This document shows, piece by piece, positions 1 through 7,415 of a stretch of 56,224 nucleotides of DNA. Source of the DNA: a virus (Duplodnaviria > Caudoviricetes); the IMG/VR virus record IMGVR_UViG_3300020045_004866, positions 1-56,224 of that record, one strand, 5' to 3'. The notes beneath the pieces are model-generated. The model had not been told where the DNA came from and ran no database searches. It saw only the letters and a list, made by a program, of their open reading frames with translations. Made by a program: the position numbers and the translations under genes. Positions within the stretch are counted from its first letter, which is position 1, and every line of letters starts with the position of its first letter.

Positions 1-2
1 TT

Positions 3-323
3 GAGACAGCTTTGGCACATTATCAAGACACTAAAATAGCCACTTGGGGATTAGACAATGCAAATAATATGGAACATTTTGAATGCCCAAAGGACGTTAA
101 ACACCTGATAATACTACCAGATATGGATTCCTCTTTTGTCGGTCAAGCTGCCGCGTATAACTTGGCAAAAAAAGCCAGTGCGTTAATTAGAAAAGATGGC
201 TATCAGCTTGAAAAAGTAGACGTGAACTTACTACTAAGATTTCAACATGACTGGGAAAAATTACCAGATCATGGCGTAAAATGCGATTATTTAGACTACT
301 TAAACGAACAGGAACAGGAATGA
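3..323 (+). CDS. C-terminal part of Toprim-domain phage primase (5' truncated by window)
   Basis: Frame open from nt 3 (ETALA...), then LIILPDMD..GQAAA, matching Toprim ETAL and DxD motifs. Confidence 0.7.
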   Translation, partial: ETALAHYQDTKIATWGLDNANNMEHFECPKDVKHLIILPDMDSSFVGQAAAYNLAKKASALIRKDGYQLEKVDVNLLLRFQHDWEKLPDHGVKCDYLDYLNEQEQE

Positions 324-811
324 AACCACGCACACCAAAACCAAGCCTAAAAGAAACCATTGCAAAAAACCGTGCTGACCTAACAGGTATGGCGCGGCTA
401 TTCGGTAATAAGCCGCCAGTATTTAGCGAACTATCAACCGACAAACCAAAGCGCACTAGAACCGTGAAACCAAAAGACACAAACGCAGCGATCACGCCTT
501 CAGAGTCCGATATTCAAAAAACGATTATGGCATATTTACGCGCTCACCCAAGCGTAGGCATAGTAATCAGAATAAACTCTGGTGTCATGGAGCAAGATGG
601 ACGCTACACGGCATTTAATAGCCAAAAGGGAATGAGCGATATTATGGGCGTTATGAAGACAGGAAAGGCGTTTTTTATTGAAGTAAAAAGCAAAACAGGT
701 AAACCAACGCAAGCTCAGGACGATTTCTTAGCAAAAGCATTATTTACAAATGCGTATGCAGGGATCGCCCGAAGCATTGAAGATGTCGATAAAATTCTAG
801 GGTTTAATTAG
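320..811 (+). CDS. VRR-NUC domain nuclease (Holliday junction resolvase-like)
   Basis: ESDIQ..I, GMSDI, FIEVKSKTGKPTQAQ PD-(D/E)xK motifs; ATG at 320 overlaps primase TGA. Confidence 0.85.
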   Translation: MKPRTPKPSLKETIAKNRADLTGMARLFGNKPPVFSELSTDKPKRTRTVKPKDTNAAITPSESDIQKTIMAYLRAHPSVGIVIRINSGVMEQDGRYTAFNSQKGMSDIMGVMKTGKAFFIEVKSKTGKPTQAQDDFLAKALFTNAYAGIARSIEDVDKILGFN

Positions 812-857
812 CTGATTTGTACGCTGGAAGCTAACGATTTAGAAAGTTTTAGGCAAT

Positions 858-895
858 AAAAAACCAGCTAACAGTTGCCGGTTGCTGGTTTAGTT
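858..895. terminator. Intrinsic terminator between convergent genes
   Basis: AACCAGC/GCTGGTT stem; minus-strand tail TTTTTTATTGCCT. Confidence 0.7.
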
Positions 896-917
896 TATAA
901 GCGACTAATTTTATTAT

Positions 918-1109
918 TCACTTAGATATTTTTATGTTCAACGGGTCGCTAATATCAACACAACATCCGTGCTTTGTGATTGCATCTGTTAATCCGATAA
1001 ATAGCAAGGATAGTGCATTGTTTTTGTCTTCTTGACTGGCACAATGAAGATGATTAACAGTTGAGATAATAACTTCATTTTCTGGCGGTAACTTAATTAA
1101 CTCGCTCAT
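918..1109 (-). CDS. Hypothetical protein
   Basis: ATG ORF closely packed behind upstream gene. Confidence 0.6.
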   Translation of the reverse strand: MSELIKLPPENEVIISTVNHLHCASQEDKNNALSLLFIGLTDAITKHGCCVDISDPLNIKISK

Positions 1110-1111
1110 TC

Positions 1112-1498
1112 CTAACCATCGCTAATTGCATTATCTAAATAACCCAACGCCAACATCACACGGTGGGCGGATGCTTTGCGTCTGTATTTTAAAGGGAGAT
1201 TAAAGTCTAATGTTATGGTGCAGTTTATCCAGTAATAATCCCCGTTATTTTCATTATATTCATGCGATAATTGCCACATCTGATAAGCATTATCACCATA
1301 AATTTTGACATCGTGCGCGAATAATTCAGGCATGGGTTTTAATTTGACAACAACAGATTCATCACTTAACGAAATAATAAGAAATCTGTTGCTAGGTAAA
1401 TTTATAGTTTCTATACCGTCCGATTCTTCAAACCGCTCAAACGCTAATTCGCCAAACTCATCAATCGCCGCTTTTACTAATTCTTCGATATTATTCAT
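1112..1498 (-). CDS. Hypothetical protein with WQ..W.NC..YR domain
   Basis: ATG ORF with GGTGA SD; C-terminal motif shared with ORF 4809-5543. Confidence 0.7.
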   Translation of the reverse strand: MNNIEELVKAAIDEFGELAFERFEESDGIETINLPSNRFLIISLSDESVVVKLKPMPELFAHDVKIYGDNAYQMWQLSHEYNENNGDYYWINCTITLDFNLPLKYRRKASAHRVMLALGYLDNAISDG

Positions 1499-1577
1499 AA
1501 ATCACCATCCCACCCAATCCAAACAACAAATACAGTCATGATTACAAAAAACTCCCAAACGTGTGCTAAGCTATCCA

Positions 1578-1808
1578 TTACATATCCCCTCTCAAGTCAA
1601 ATTCTTCAATATCCCAGCCCTTATCCCGTGCCGCTTGAACAAGCGCGGCTCGGTGCTTTGCTGGCACATTATTATTTCGCCATGCCCAAATCACTTGGTA
1701 GCATGGTTTGCCGCCTAGTGCGCGAGAAATCCCCTTATACCCATCAAAAATTATCTCTGCTAGTTGTTTACCTTTGTATCTATTTAGTATCGTTTCTTTA
1801 TCCATCAT
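1578..1808 (-). CDS. Cro/YdaS-like HTH transcriptional regulator
   Basis: FDGYKGISRALG..YQVIWAWRNNNVPAKH resembles Cro-like HTH. Confidence 0.6.
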   Translation of the reverse strand: MMDKETILNRYKGKQLAEIIFDGYKGISRALGGKPCYQVIWAWRNNNVPAKHRAALVQAARDKGWDIEEFDLRGDM

Positions 1809-2419
1809 CTATTTACCTTAAAAAATTCATTAGCAAAGCCTTGTGAGCATAAACTTCTAAAACCCATATCATCCTCAACTTCAATTCCATCAAAAGCGCG
1901 GATATGCTTTATCGCGCTTTTGTGTAAAAAAGCCAGTGATGGTTTTGCGCGATTCGGTCGAATATACAGCTCTGGTATTTTTGGTACATCTTCCCATTTT
2001 TCGAATAACCGCTGCGGATTATTAAAATTGCCCCATAACGCCGTTTTTTTAGTCCACGGGTCTCCGAAGTGCCACGGCTCATAAGTAAAGTCAGGTTTTC
2101 CTAAAAAGTCTTTTAGACGTCCCGTAGCTGGGTTTTCAATAGCCCACCATTCAGGATTGCACTCTCTAATAATCCTATGGCAGTGGCGAACTAAAAACAA
2201 GCCTTTTTCGTGATCGCCAACGCCGCCGTTATTTGCATACTTGGCAAAGCTAAACTCAGTGCAAACGGGATTAGCGATAATTCCATGTATTTTTTCGGTT
2301 GTACTGAAATTTTCAACGCCGATTTCCTTGCCTATCTTCACAACTCGATAGCCGTTTTTTGCATATATCAGTGTATCGCTACCGATGTCAGCGCATAAAT
2401 GTAAAATTGTCTTAGTCAT
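1805..2419 (-). CDS. Short phage DNA cytosine methyltransferase-like protein
   Basis: ILHLCADIGS (motif I-like), IIANPVCTEFS (motif IV-like), WAIENP (motif VI-like). Confidence 0.75.
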   Translation of the reverse strand: MTKTILHLCADIGSDTLIYAKNGYRVVKIGKEIGVENFSTTEKIHGIIANPVCTEFSFAKYANNGGVGDHEKGLFLVRHCHRIIRECNPEWWAIENPATGRLKDFLGKPDFTYEPWHFGDPWTKKTALWGNFNNPQRLFEKWEDVPKIPELYIRPNRAKPSLAFLHKSAIKHIRAFDGIEVEDDMGFRSLCSQGFANEFFKVNR

Positions 2420-2516
2420 CCTCAGCCCCTCGTTTATTTAAACGAGGGCTCATTATTGCATATATAGAGAAATTATAAAACAATTATATTTTCATTATAA
2501 AATAATTAAAAAGCTG

Positions 2517-2544
2517 TTGACATTATTTTAAATCAGCGTATATT
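2517..2544 (+). promoter_or_regulatory. Sigma70-like promoter of rightward early operon
   Basis: TTGACA-16 bp-TATATT with AT-rich UP-like region, in divergent intergenic gap. Confidence 0.7.
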
Positions 2545-2636
2545 TCTCAGCCAAGGAAGCAAGAAAATACGGAAAACGCCCAAACGGGGCAAAGCTAAGC
2601 AAGCGGCTTAAATGCTTGTAATTATTGGAGAGTGTC

Positions 2637-3320
2637 ATGAGTAAATTTATCGTAATCAACACTAGCAACGGAATCGTAGCTAGCACACATGAAACGCAAG
2701 AATTAGCTGATAAAGGCGCAAAAAAAATCAAAGGCATGGGTTATGTCGTCGAAACGTCACGGGATGTTAAAAAAGGCGACTTGTGGACTGATTTAAACGA
2801 ATCAACTAACGATACCGAAACATTTGAAGTCGAGCAAGAACTGGCTGAATGTGATGAAAAAGCATTCCCCGTACTTGACGATTTAGCAACGCTAGACATC
2901 GAAAAATGGGCTGCTGAAGTACAGCCCACCGTCACATACATCGCCAAGCCACAAGACATCCGCTGCTCATGGTGGTGCGTACAAATTCCCGAAGAACAAA
3001 AGCTGGACGGCACAAGAATCAACGCGCCATTTCTAAAGAGAGGTGCAGACTTAGAGCTAAAATCTGGCGACATGCTTGTCGATTCAGAAGCGCATCATCA
3101 CCGCAAAAATCGCGGGTACAGTGTCGTGCTTATCGTGTGCGACGGCGAGAAAATCCAACATCTGCACCCAATGGCGCAACGCAAAGCCTTTATCAAAGCA
3201 CACGGCGGTCAGGATTTGATGCACGAAAGCGGTGATGTGAACGGGTGCATAAGAATGGCGGTGTGGTTGCGTAGACAGCCAGATTTTAAAGCCGCTGTTA
3301 GTCAATTGTTAGAGTGTTAA
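2637..3320 (+). CDS. Hypothetical early protein
   Basis: Long ORF, GGAG SD before ATG 2637, first gene after promoter. Confidence 0.8.
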   Translation: MSKFIVINTSNGIVASTHETQELADKGAKKIKGMGYVVETSRDVKKGDLWTDLNESTNDTETFEVEQELAECDEKAFPVLDDLATLDIEKWAAEVQPTVTYIAKPQDIRCSWWCVQIPEEQKLDGTRINAPFLKRGADLELKSGDMLVDSEAHHHRKNRGYSVVLIVCDGEKIQHLHPMAQRKAFIKAHGGQDLMHESGDVNGCIRMAVWLRRQPDFKAAVSQLLEC

Positions 3321-3375
3321 GTATTAAAAAACGCTAAGCGGTCGGCGAATAGACCGCAATAATCTGGAGTTACAA

Positions 3376-3507
3376 ATGAAAAACCCATCATCAACTAAAA
3401 AAGGCACGGGTCGTCGTCATGTGTCTGGTATCGAAAAGAAAGAAGTACGTTTTGACCGTTCGCATTGGAGCTTTTTAGCGTATCAAGCTGGTCGCGGCAA
3501 AGTTTAA
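3376..3507 (+). CDS. Small basic protein (43 aa), not in ORF track
   Basis: CTGGAG SD, MKNPSSTKKGTGRRH...GRGKV. Confidence 0.6.
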   Translation: MKNPSSTKKGTGRRHVSGIEKKEVRFDRSHWSFLAYQAGRGKV

Positions 3508-3513
3508 CCATTA

Positions 3514-3540
3514 GCCCACTGTAATGGTGGGCGTTTTTTA
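3514..3540 (+). terminator. Intrinsic terminator/attenuator
   Basis: GCCCAC/GTGGGC stem followed by GTTTTTTA. Confidence 0.6.
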
Positions 3541-3555
3541 CAACTGGAGAAGGTC

Positions 3556-3669
3556 ATGAAAAAAGCAAGAAAGCAAAACCGCCTAAGCTGTCATGAGGCG
3601 ATAAAATCAGGTCTTAGTTTTTGGCTAAGTCATTTGATGAATGTTGGTGAATGGGGACGGATGTCGTGA
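3556..3669 (+). CDS. Small hypothetical protein (37 aa)
   Basis: CTGGAGA SD; stop overlaps next GTG start. Confidence 0.5.
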   Translation: MKKARKQNRLSCHEAIKSGLSFWLSHLMNVGEWGRMS

Positions 3670-3779
3670 GCGATTTTACAGAAACATCACAAAAAGTAAT
3701 TGAAGTTTTGAGTGATTCAAAAATAAGCCCTGCGGGGATCGAAGTTCAGCCGTTTTACCATCGGGGTGCGCACAAATGA
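3666..3779 (+). CDS. Small hypothetical protein (37 aa)
   Basis: GTGA and ATGA overlaps on both sides. Confidence 0.45.
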   Translation: MSDFTETSQKVIEVLSDSKISPAGIEVQPFYHRGAHK

Positions 3780-3919
3780 AAGATATTTTGTATGCTTGTA
3801 GGATAATAAGCGTAATTTCAGCAGTTTGTTTTATGATTATTGGCGCAACTATGGATATAGTGCAATTGTGTTTTTTAGTTGCGATTTTAAGCGGACAAGT
3901 AGCTGGACAGTTTAAATGA
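3776..3919 (+). CDS. Small membrane protein (47 aa)
   Basis: Two hydrophobic stretches; ATGA translational coupling. Confidence 0.5.
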   Translation: MKDILYACRIISVISAVCFMIIGATMDIVQLCFLVAILSGQVAGQFK

Positions 3920-4017
3920 AAACACCCGTCCAAATCGCCGCAGACAAACGCGCACCACACAGCCAAGTAGTAATTGCGCCGCGTAGAAGCCAATTATTAC
4001 CGCACTGGAACTGAACG

Positions 4018-4209
4018 ATGGAAAATAAATTACCCGAAGGCGTTGTTCTTGAAATGAAAGAATTCGATAACTGCTTAGGTTGTTATTTTATTTTGGATAA
4101 AGGAAAGTGTCCTAGAGAGCGAGACAAACATAATTTTAATCGCCTGTCGTGCATCAACGGCAGAAAAATAATTTTTAAGCAAGCTGGAGAAGAAGATGAA
4201 AGCGAATAA
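4018..4209 (+). CDS. Small Cys-containing hypothetical protein
   Basis: CxxC..C..C..IIFK pattern typical of small phage proteins. Confidence 0.6.
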   Translation: MENKLPEGVVLEMKEFDNCLGCYFILDKGKCPRERDKHNFNRLSCINGRKIIFKQAGEEDESE

Positions 4210-4360
4210 AGTTGGTCAGGATTTTAATCACATCGGAACAAAATATCCGATGGCAACCAACACCCAGCCTTATCCAAGCTGGATAGCATGGGTATTTTGG
4301 GGAGGTGTCGCGGCTGTTTTTGCACTGTCGATTTTTGGATTTATGCAAATTGGAAAATAA
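4196..4360 (+). CDS. Small membrane protein (54 aa)
   Basis: GGAG SD; C-terminal TM segment WIAWVFWGGVAAVFALSIFGF. Confidence 0.55.
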   Translation: MKANKVGQDFNHIGTKYPMATNTQPYPSWIAWVFWGGVAAVFALSIFGFMQIGK

Positions 4361-4366
4361 TCAATC

Positions 4367-4390
4367 AGCCCCGTAGTCGCGGAGCGTAAC
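4367..4390 (+). repeat. 24-bp intergenic hairpin repeat, copy 1
   Basis: AGCCCCGTAGTCGCGGAGCGTAAC; 1 mismatch to 5682-5705. Confidence 0.85.
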
Positions 4391-4399
4391 CTAGAGAAC

Positions 4400-4621
4400 G
4401 TGATGGAAGAAAATAACAATCAAGTCGCTGAAAAGCGAGAATGTGAAAATTGCGGTGCAACGCATAGAATTGGAGAAAATACCTTGTGTGATGATATGGT
4501 GACAATTCCACGCGCCGAATATGAACGGCTTTTGATGCTAGATATTGCAGCGCAAAGAAAGGCTATGGCAACGCTAACAGGCGGTCACATTAAAGAAATT
4601 GCAGAGTTTGCTGGTTTTTAG
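4400..4621 (+). CDS. Hypothetical protein
   Basis: ORF with CxxC and VTIPRAEYERLL motif. Confidence 0.65.
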   Translation: MMEENNNQVAEKRECENCGATHRIGENTLCDDMVTIPRAEYERLLMLDIAAQRKAMATLTGGHIKEIAEFAGF

Positions 4622-4630
4622 GTTGCCGAT

Positions 4631-4795
4631 ATGACTGACGTTGAAGATCACCTTGAAATCGAATATGACATTTATGAATACCCGAACACAAAGATGCTTG
4701 ATGATGACGGCAATGTTTCGATGTTTGAGTTTTCTATATGTGTAAGCGAATACCCAGAAGAAGGTTATATGCCTATAGGCGTTGAAATTTTATAA
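4631..4795 (+). CDS. Small acidic protein (54 aa)
   Basis: Fills gap in operon; MTDVEDHLEIEYD... Confidence 0.5.
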   Translation: MTDVEDHLEIEYDIYEYPNTKMLDDDGNVSMFEFSICVSEYPEEGYMPIGVEIL

Positions 4796-4808
4796 AAATA
4801 GGTGAATT

Positions 4809-5543
4809 ATGAACGATAAAACAAAAGCAATACTGCAAATTACCGCGCCAGATGGGCAAGAGTTTGTCGAGAAAGGCGCGATAATTAATCAAACAAAAGG
4901 GCTAAACGGGATTTGCGTTGAGCTTTATATTCCGACAAAATCCATTCAAAACCCTGTTGACACCAATTCTATTAAAGCCCAAATCGCACAAGCCGAAGCC
5001 GATAAAGAGGCTTATCCTGATTTTTGTTGGGAGCTGTGGCAATATGAAGTTTATGACGGTAAAAGAGGGCTAGATTGGGACACCGTGATAGATAATAATC
5101 ATATTTTTAGTAACACTTTAATATACCGCCAACACCCGCACCGCGAAAACATTATCCAGTTTAACAAGTGCAGCGAGGCGGATAAAAATCGTTGGCAATG
5201 GCGCGTAAATGACGGGTGTAACTGGACTAATTGCAGTGATTCAAAAGTCGGTGAATTTTATCCGATTTGGGAAAATGGAATTTACTACCGCCTGCGTCCA
5301 CGCGCTTGCTTCATTACCATGCAAGACGGCACAAAGATGGAATATCCTGAGCCAGTTCGGGAGGCTTTGGAAGTTGGGCAGGATTATTGTTGCGTGACGT
5401 GGTCGGGTGTGATTTGTACATATTGGAATGATGATGACTCGGATTATGAAAGATTAAGACAAGGCTCTATTCATTTAACCGAAGAAGCTGCGCAACAACA
5501 CCGGTCAGCACTGCGAACCATGAACGCGCAGGTGGCAGCGTGA
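4809..5543 (+). CDS. Hypothetical protein with duplicated WQ..W..YR domain
   Basis: 244-aa ORF, AGGTGA SD. Confidence 0.8.
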   Translation: MNDKTKAILQITAPDGQEFVEKGAIINQTKGLNGICVELYIPTKSIQNPVDTNSIKAQIAQAEADKEAYPDFCWELWQYEVYDGKRGLDWDTVIDNNHIFSNTLIYRQHPHRENIIQFNKCSEADKNRWQWRVNDGCNWTNCSDSKVGEFYPIWENGIYYRLRPRACFITMQDGTKMEYPEPVREALEVGQDYCCVTWSGVICTYWNDDDSDYERLRQGSIHLTEEAAQQHRSALRTMNAQVAA

Positions 5544-5681
5544 AAAGTTTACTAGAAAGACTGCTATCACACACGATGAAACCAGAGGAAATTACTGGCG
5601 ATATTGAAACAAAGAATGCCAGAGTTGAGGAGCTTGTCCGCTGGATAGCAAGATACAATTAGGGGCATAAAATAACACCCA

Positions 5682-5705
5682 AGCCCCGTAGTCGCGGGGC
5701 GTAAC
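5682..5705 (+). repeat. 24-bp intergenic hairpin repeat, copy 2
   Basis: AGCCCCGTAGTCGCGGGGCGTAAC; GCCCCG/CGGGGC stem. Confidence 0.85.
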
Positions 5706-5718
5706 TTTGGAGATTGAA

Positions 5719-5850
5719 ATGAAAAAGAATTTTTCACTTTTATCAAGACGAGAGTTTTTTAACGCGGGATATTGGGTTCGTGTGGGTAATAAACACATCG
5801 GGAGGTCGTACAAGCGTTTTTTAGAAAATTTAGCAGATAAACGGATATGA
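5719..5850 (+). CDS. Small basic protein (43 aa)
   Basis: GGAG SD; ATGA overlap with next gene. Confidence 0.5.
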   Translation: MKKNFSLLSRREFFNAGYWVRVGNKHIGRSYKRFLENLADKRI

Positions 5851-6176
5851 AAACAAAAATTGAAGATTTAACAGACGAACAGCTTGACTATTTTTGTGCC
5901 ATTGCGCAGGGGTGGAATCAAAAATACGGGTACTGGTTTAATGAAAAAAATAAAAGAGTCTCTGCTTTTTTTGGCTACCACCCAACAACCAACGCCACGC
6001 AGTGCTATGAGATTATGGAGCGCGAGAAGATGGAAGTTAAGCAGAAAGGTGGTCGTTGGTTTGCGAAAATAGACAATGAAGCCGTGTTTTCATCAGCATT
6101 TGGCGCAACCGCAAAACAAGCAATAATACGCTGTTTTGTTAAAAGTAAGTTGGGCGAGGAGGTTGATTGTGGATAG
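5847..6176 (+). CDS. NinX-family / DUF2591-like phage protein
   Basis: LTDEQLDYFCAIAQG..YHPTTN..IMERE..AIIRCFVKSKLGEEV pattern. Confidence 0.75.
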   Translation: MKTKIEDLTDEQLDYFCAIAQGWNQKYGYWFNEKNKRVSAFFGYHPTTNATQCYEIMEREKMEVKQKGGRWFAKIDNEAVFSSAFGATAKQAIIRCFVKSKLGEEVDCG

Positions 6177-6561
6177 ACCATTTTCAGAGAAAGATATGGT
6201 AGTTTCAAAATTATACGGCGTTGGGATCATTACATTTATGAATGCTAAAAATGGTAATTTTGTAGCTGACTTTAAACTAGCAAAAAATGTTTATATACCA
6301 AGCGGGGAAGTGAGCCACCCGATTACATTTGAATGGGTACTTGATATTATAACAATCCGCAAGCCCCGCAAAGGAGCAAAAGAGGCGCGGGATATTGTGG
6401 CAATGTTGGCGAATGCCAGAAGGCATGGACTAAATGACTTATTAATAATTTGCGGGAAGGATAAAAAGCTAAGATGCAAATTTAAAAGGATATTTGAGAT
6501 GGGAATGTCGCATATCCTATATGTAAAAGCAAAATCAATGTTAGGGGCATCAAATGAGTAA
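6169..6561 (+). CDS. Hypothetical protein
   Basis: GTG at 6169 after GAGGAGG SD. Confidence 0.65.
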   Translation: MDRPFSEKDMVVSKLYGVGIITFMNAKNGNFVADFKLAKNVYIPSGEVSHPITFEWVLDIITIRKPRKGAKEARDIVAMLANARRHGLNDLLIICGKDKKLRCKFKRIFEMGMSHILYVKAKSMLGASNE

Positions 6562-6922
6562 AGAATGGCACGAAAATATACCTGAAAATGGGGTGCTGTG
6601 TTACGCGCCTAACGGAATTATGACAAATATAATCTTAGTCACGTCAGACGGGAGAGCGTGGAACGGAGATTCAAATTGGTTTAATGTTGACCAATTAATA
6701 CCACTAACCGCCGAAGAATGGTGGGATTTTGCGCCTTGGCAGGATATGGATAAGCCAGTCACAGCAAACAATAACTTTTTAGTTATGACTAGACATAGAG
6801 AGATTGTTACTGTTTATCTATCAAAGCATGGCGCGATTCGACGAGAGCATTCTGGAAGCGAGATTTTAATAAAAGATTGTTTGAAATGGCTACCACTGCC
6901 AACAAACAAGGGTGATTTATGA
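6554..6922 (+). CDS. Hypothetical protein, DUF551-like C-terminus
   Basis: WQDMDKP....KWLPLP. Confidence 0.65.
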   Translation: MSKEWHENIPENGVLCYAPNGIMTNIILVTSDGRAWNGDSNWFNVDQLIPLTAEEWWDFAPWQDMDKPVTANNNFLVMTRHREIVTVYLSKHGAIRREHSGSEILIKDCLKWLPLPTNKGDL

Positions 6923-7116
6923 GCAATAAAGACTTAGTTTTAAATAAATACCCGCTAGCAAAATACCTCAAAGATGAGCCGTGCCATCAAAAAGATATTC
7001 CGTATTTTATGATTATGACAAGTAGTGATGATGGTGGTATTGATGTTCTTGGCTATTCTTGCGAGTCAGAAGATGATGCTTGGAGCGACGCATGGATCAA
7101 TATAGGTGATTTATGA
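6919..7116 (+). CDS. Hypothetical protein
   Basis: ATGA-coupled; EDDAWSDAW motif. Confidence 0.65.
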   Translation: MSNKDLVLNKYPLAKYLKDEPCHQKDIPYFMIMTSSDDGGIDVLGYSCESEDDAWSDAWINIGDL

Positions 7117-7256
7117 GCGTTAAAAAAATGCTAGAAGCAATGCGAATGCTGAAAGACCGCTTGGCTTTCAACGAAGTTATAACGCAAAGAGAGCTTGATG
7201 AGCTTGACGACTTGCTTGAAGAAATACGCAATGCAAGGGCGGAATTTAACCCATAA
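7113..7256 (+). CDS. Small hypothetical protein (47 aa)
   Basis: ATGA-coupled, ends just before terminator. Confidence 0.55.
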   Translation: MSVKKMLEAMRMLKDRLAFNEVITQRELDELDDLLEEIRNARAEFNP

Positions 7257-7257
7257 A

Positions 7258-7290
7258 CAAAAGCCGCTAGTGATAGCGGCTTTTTATTGC
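7258..7290. terminator. Bidirectional intrinsic terminator
   Basis: AAGCCGCTA/TAGCGGCTT stem, TTTTTATTGCC tail, at convergence of early operon and tail fibre. Confidence 0.85.
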
Positions 7291-7415
7291 CAAAAATTAA
7301 GCGATTTTAGCTATCCAGTCAAAAGCAAATTACCAATATCAAAAAGCAATCGGCTCTTGGTGCATAGCCGCCATGCCTAGTTCGTAAAGATGGTTTTTAG
7401 TTACCTGATTATCCA

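Noticed and set aside
7339-7414. 25-codon ORF after tail fibre as possible chaperone or frameshift extension
   Set aside because: Too short; alternative frames also stop quickly; no convincing slippery site
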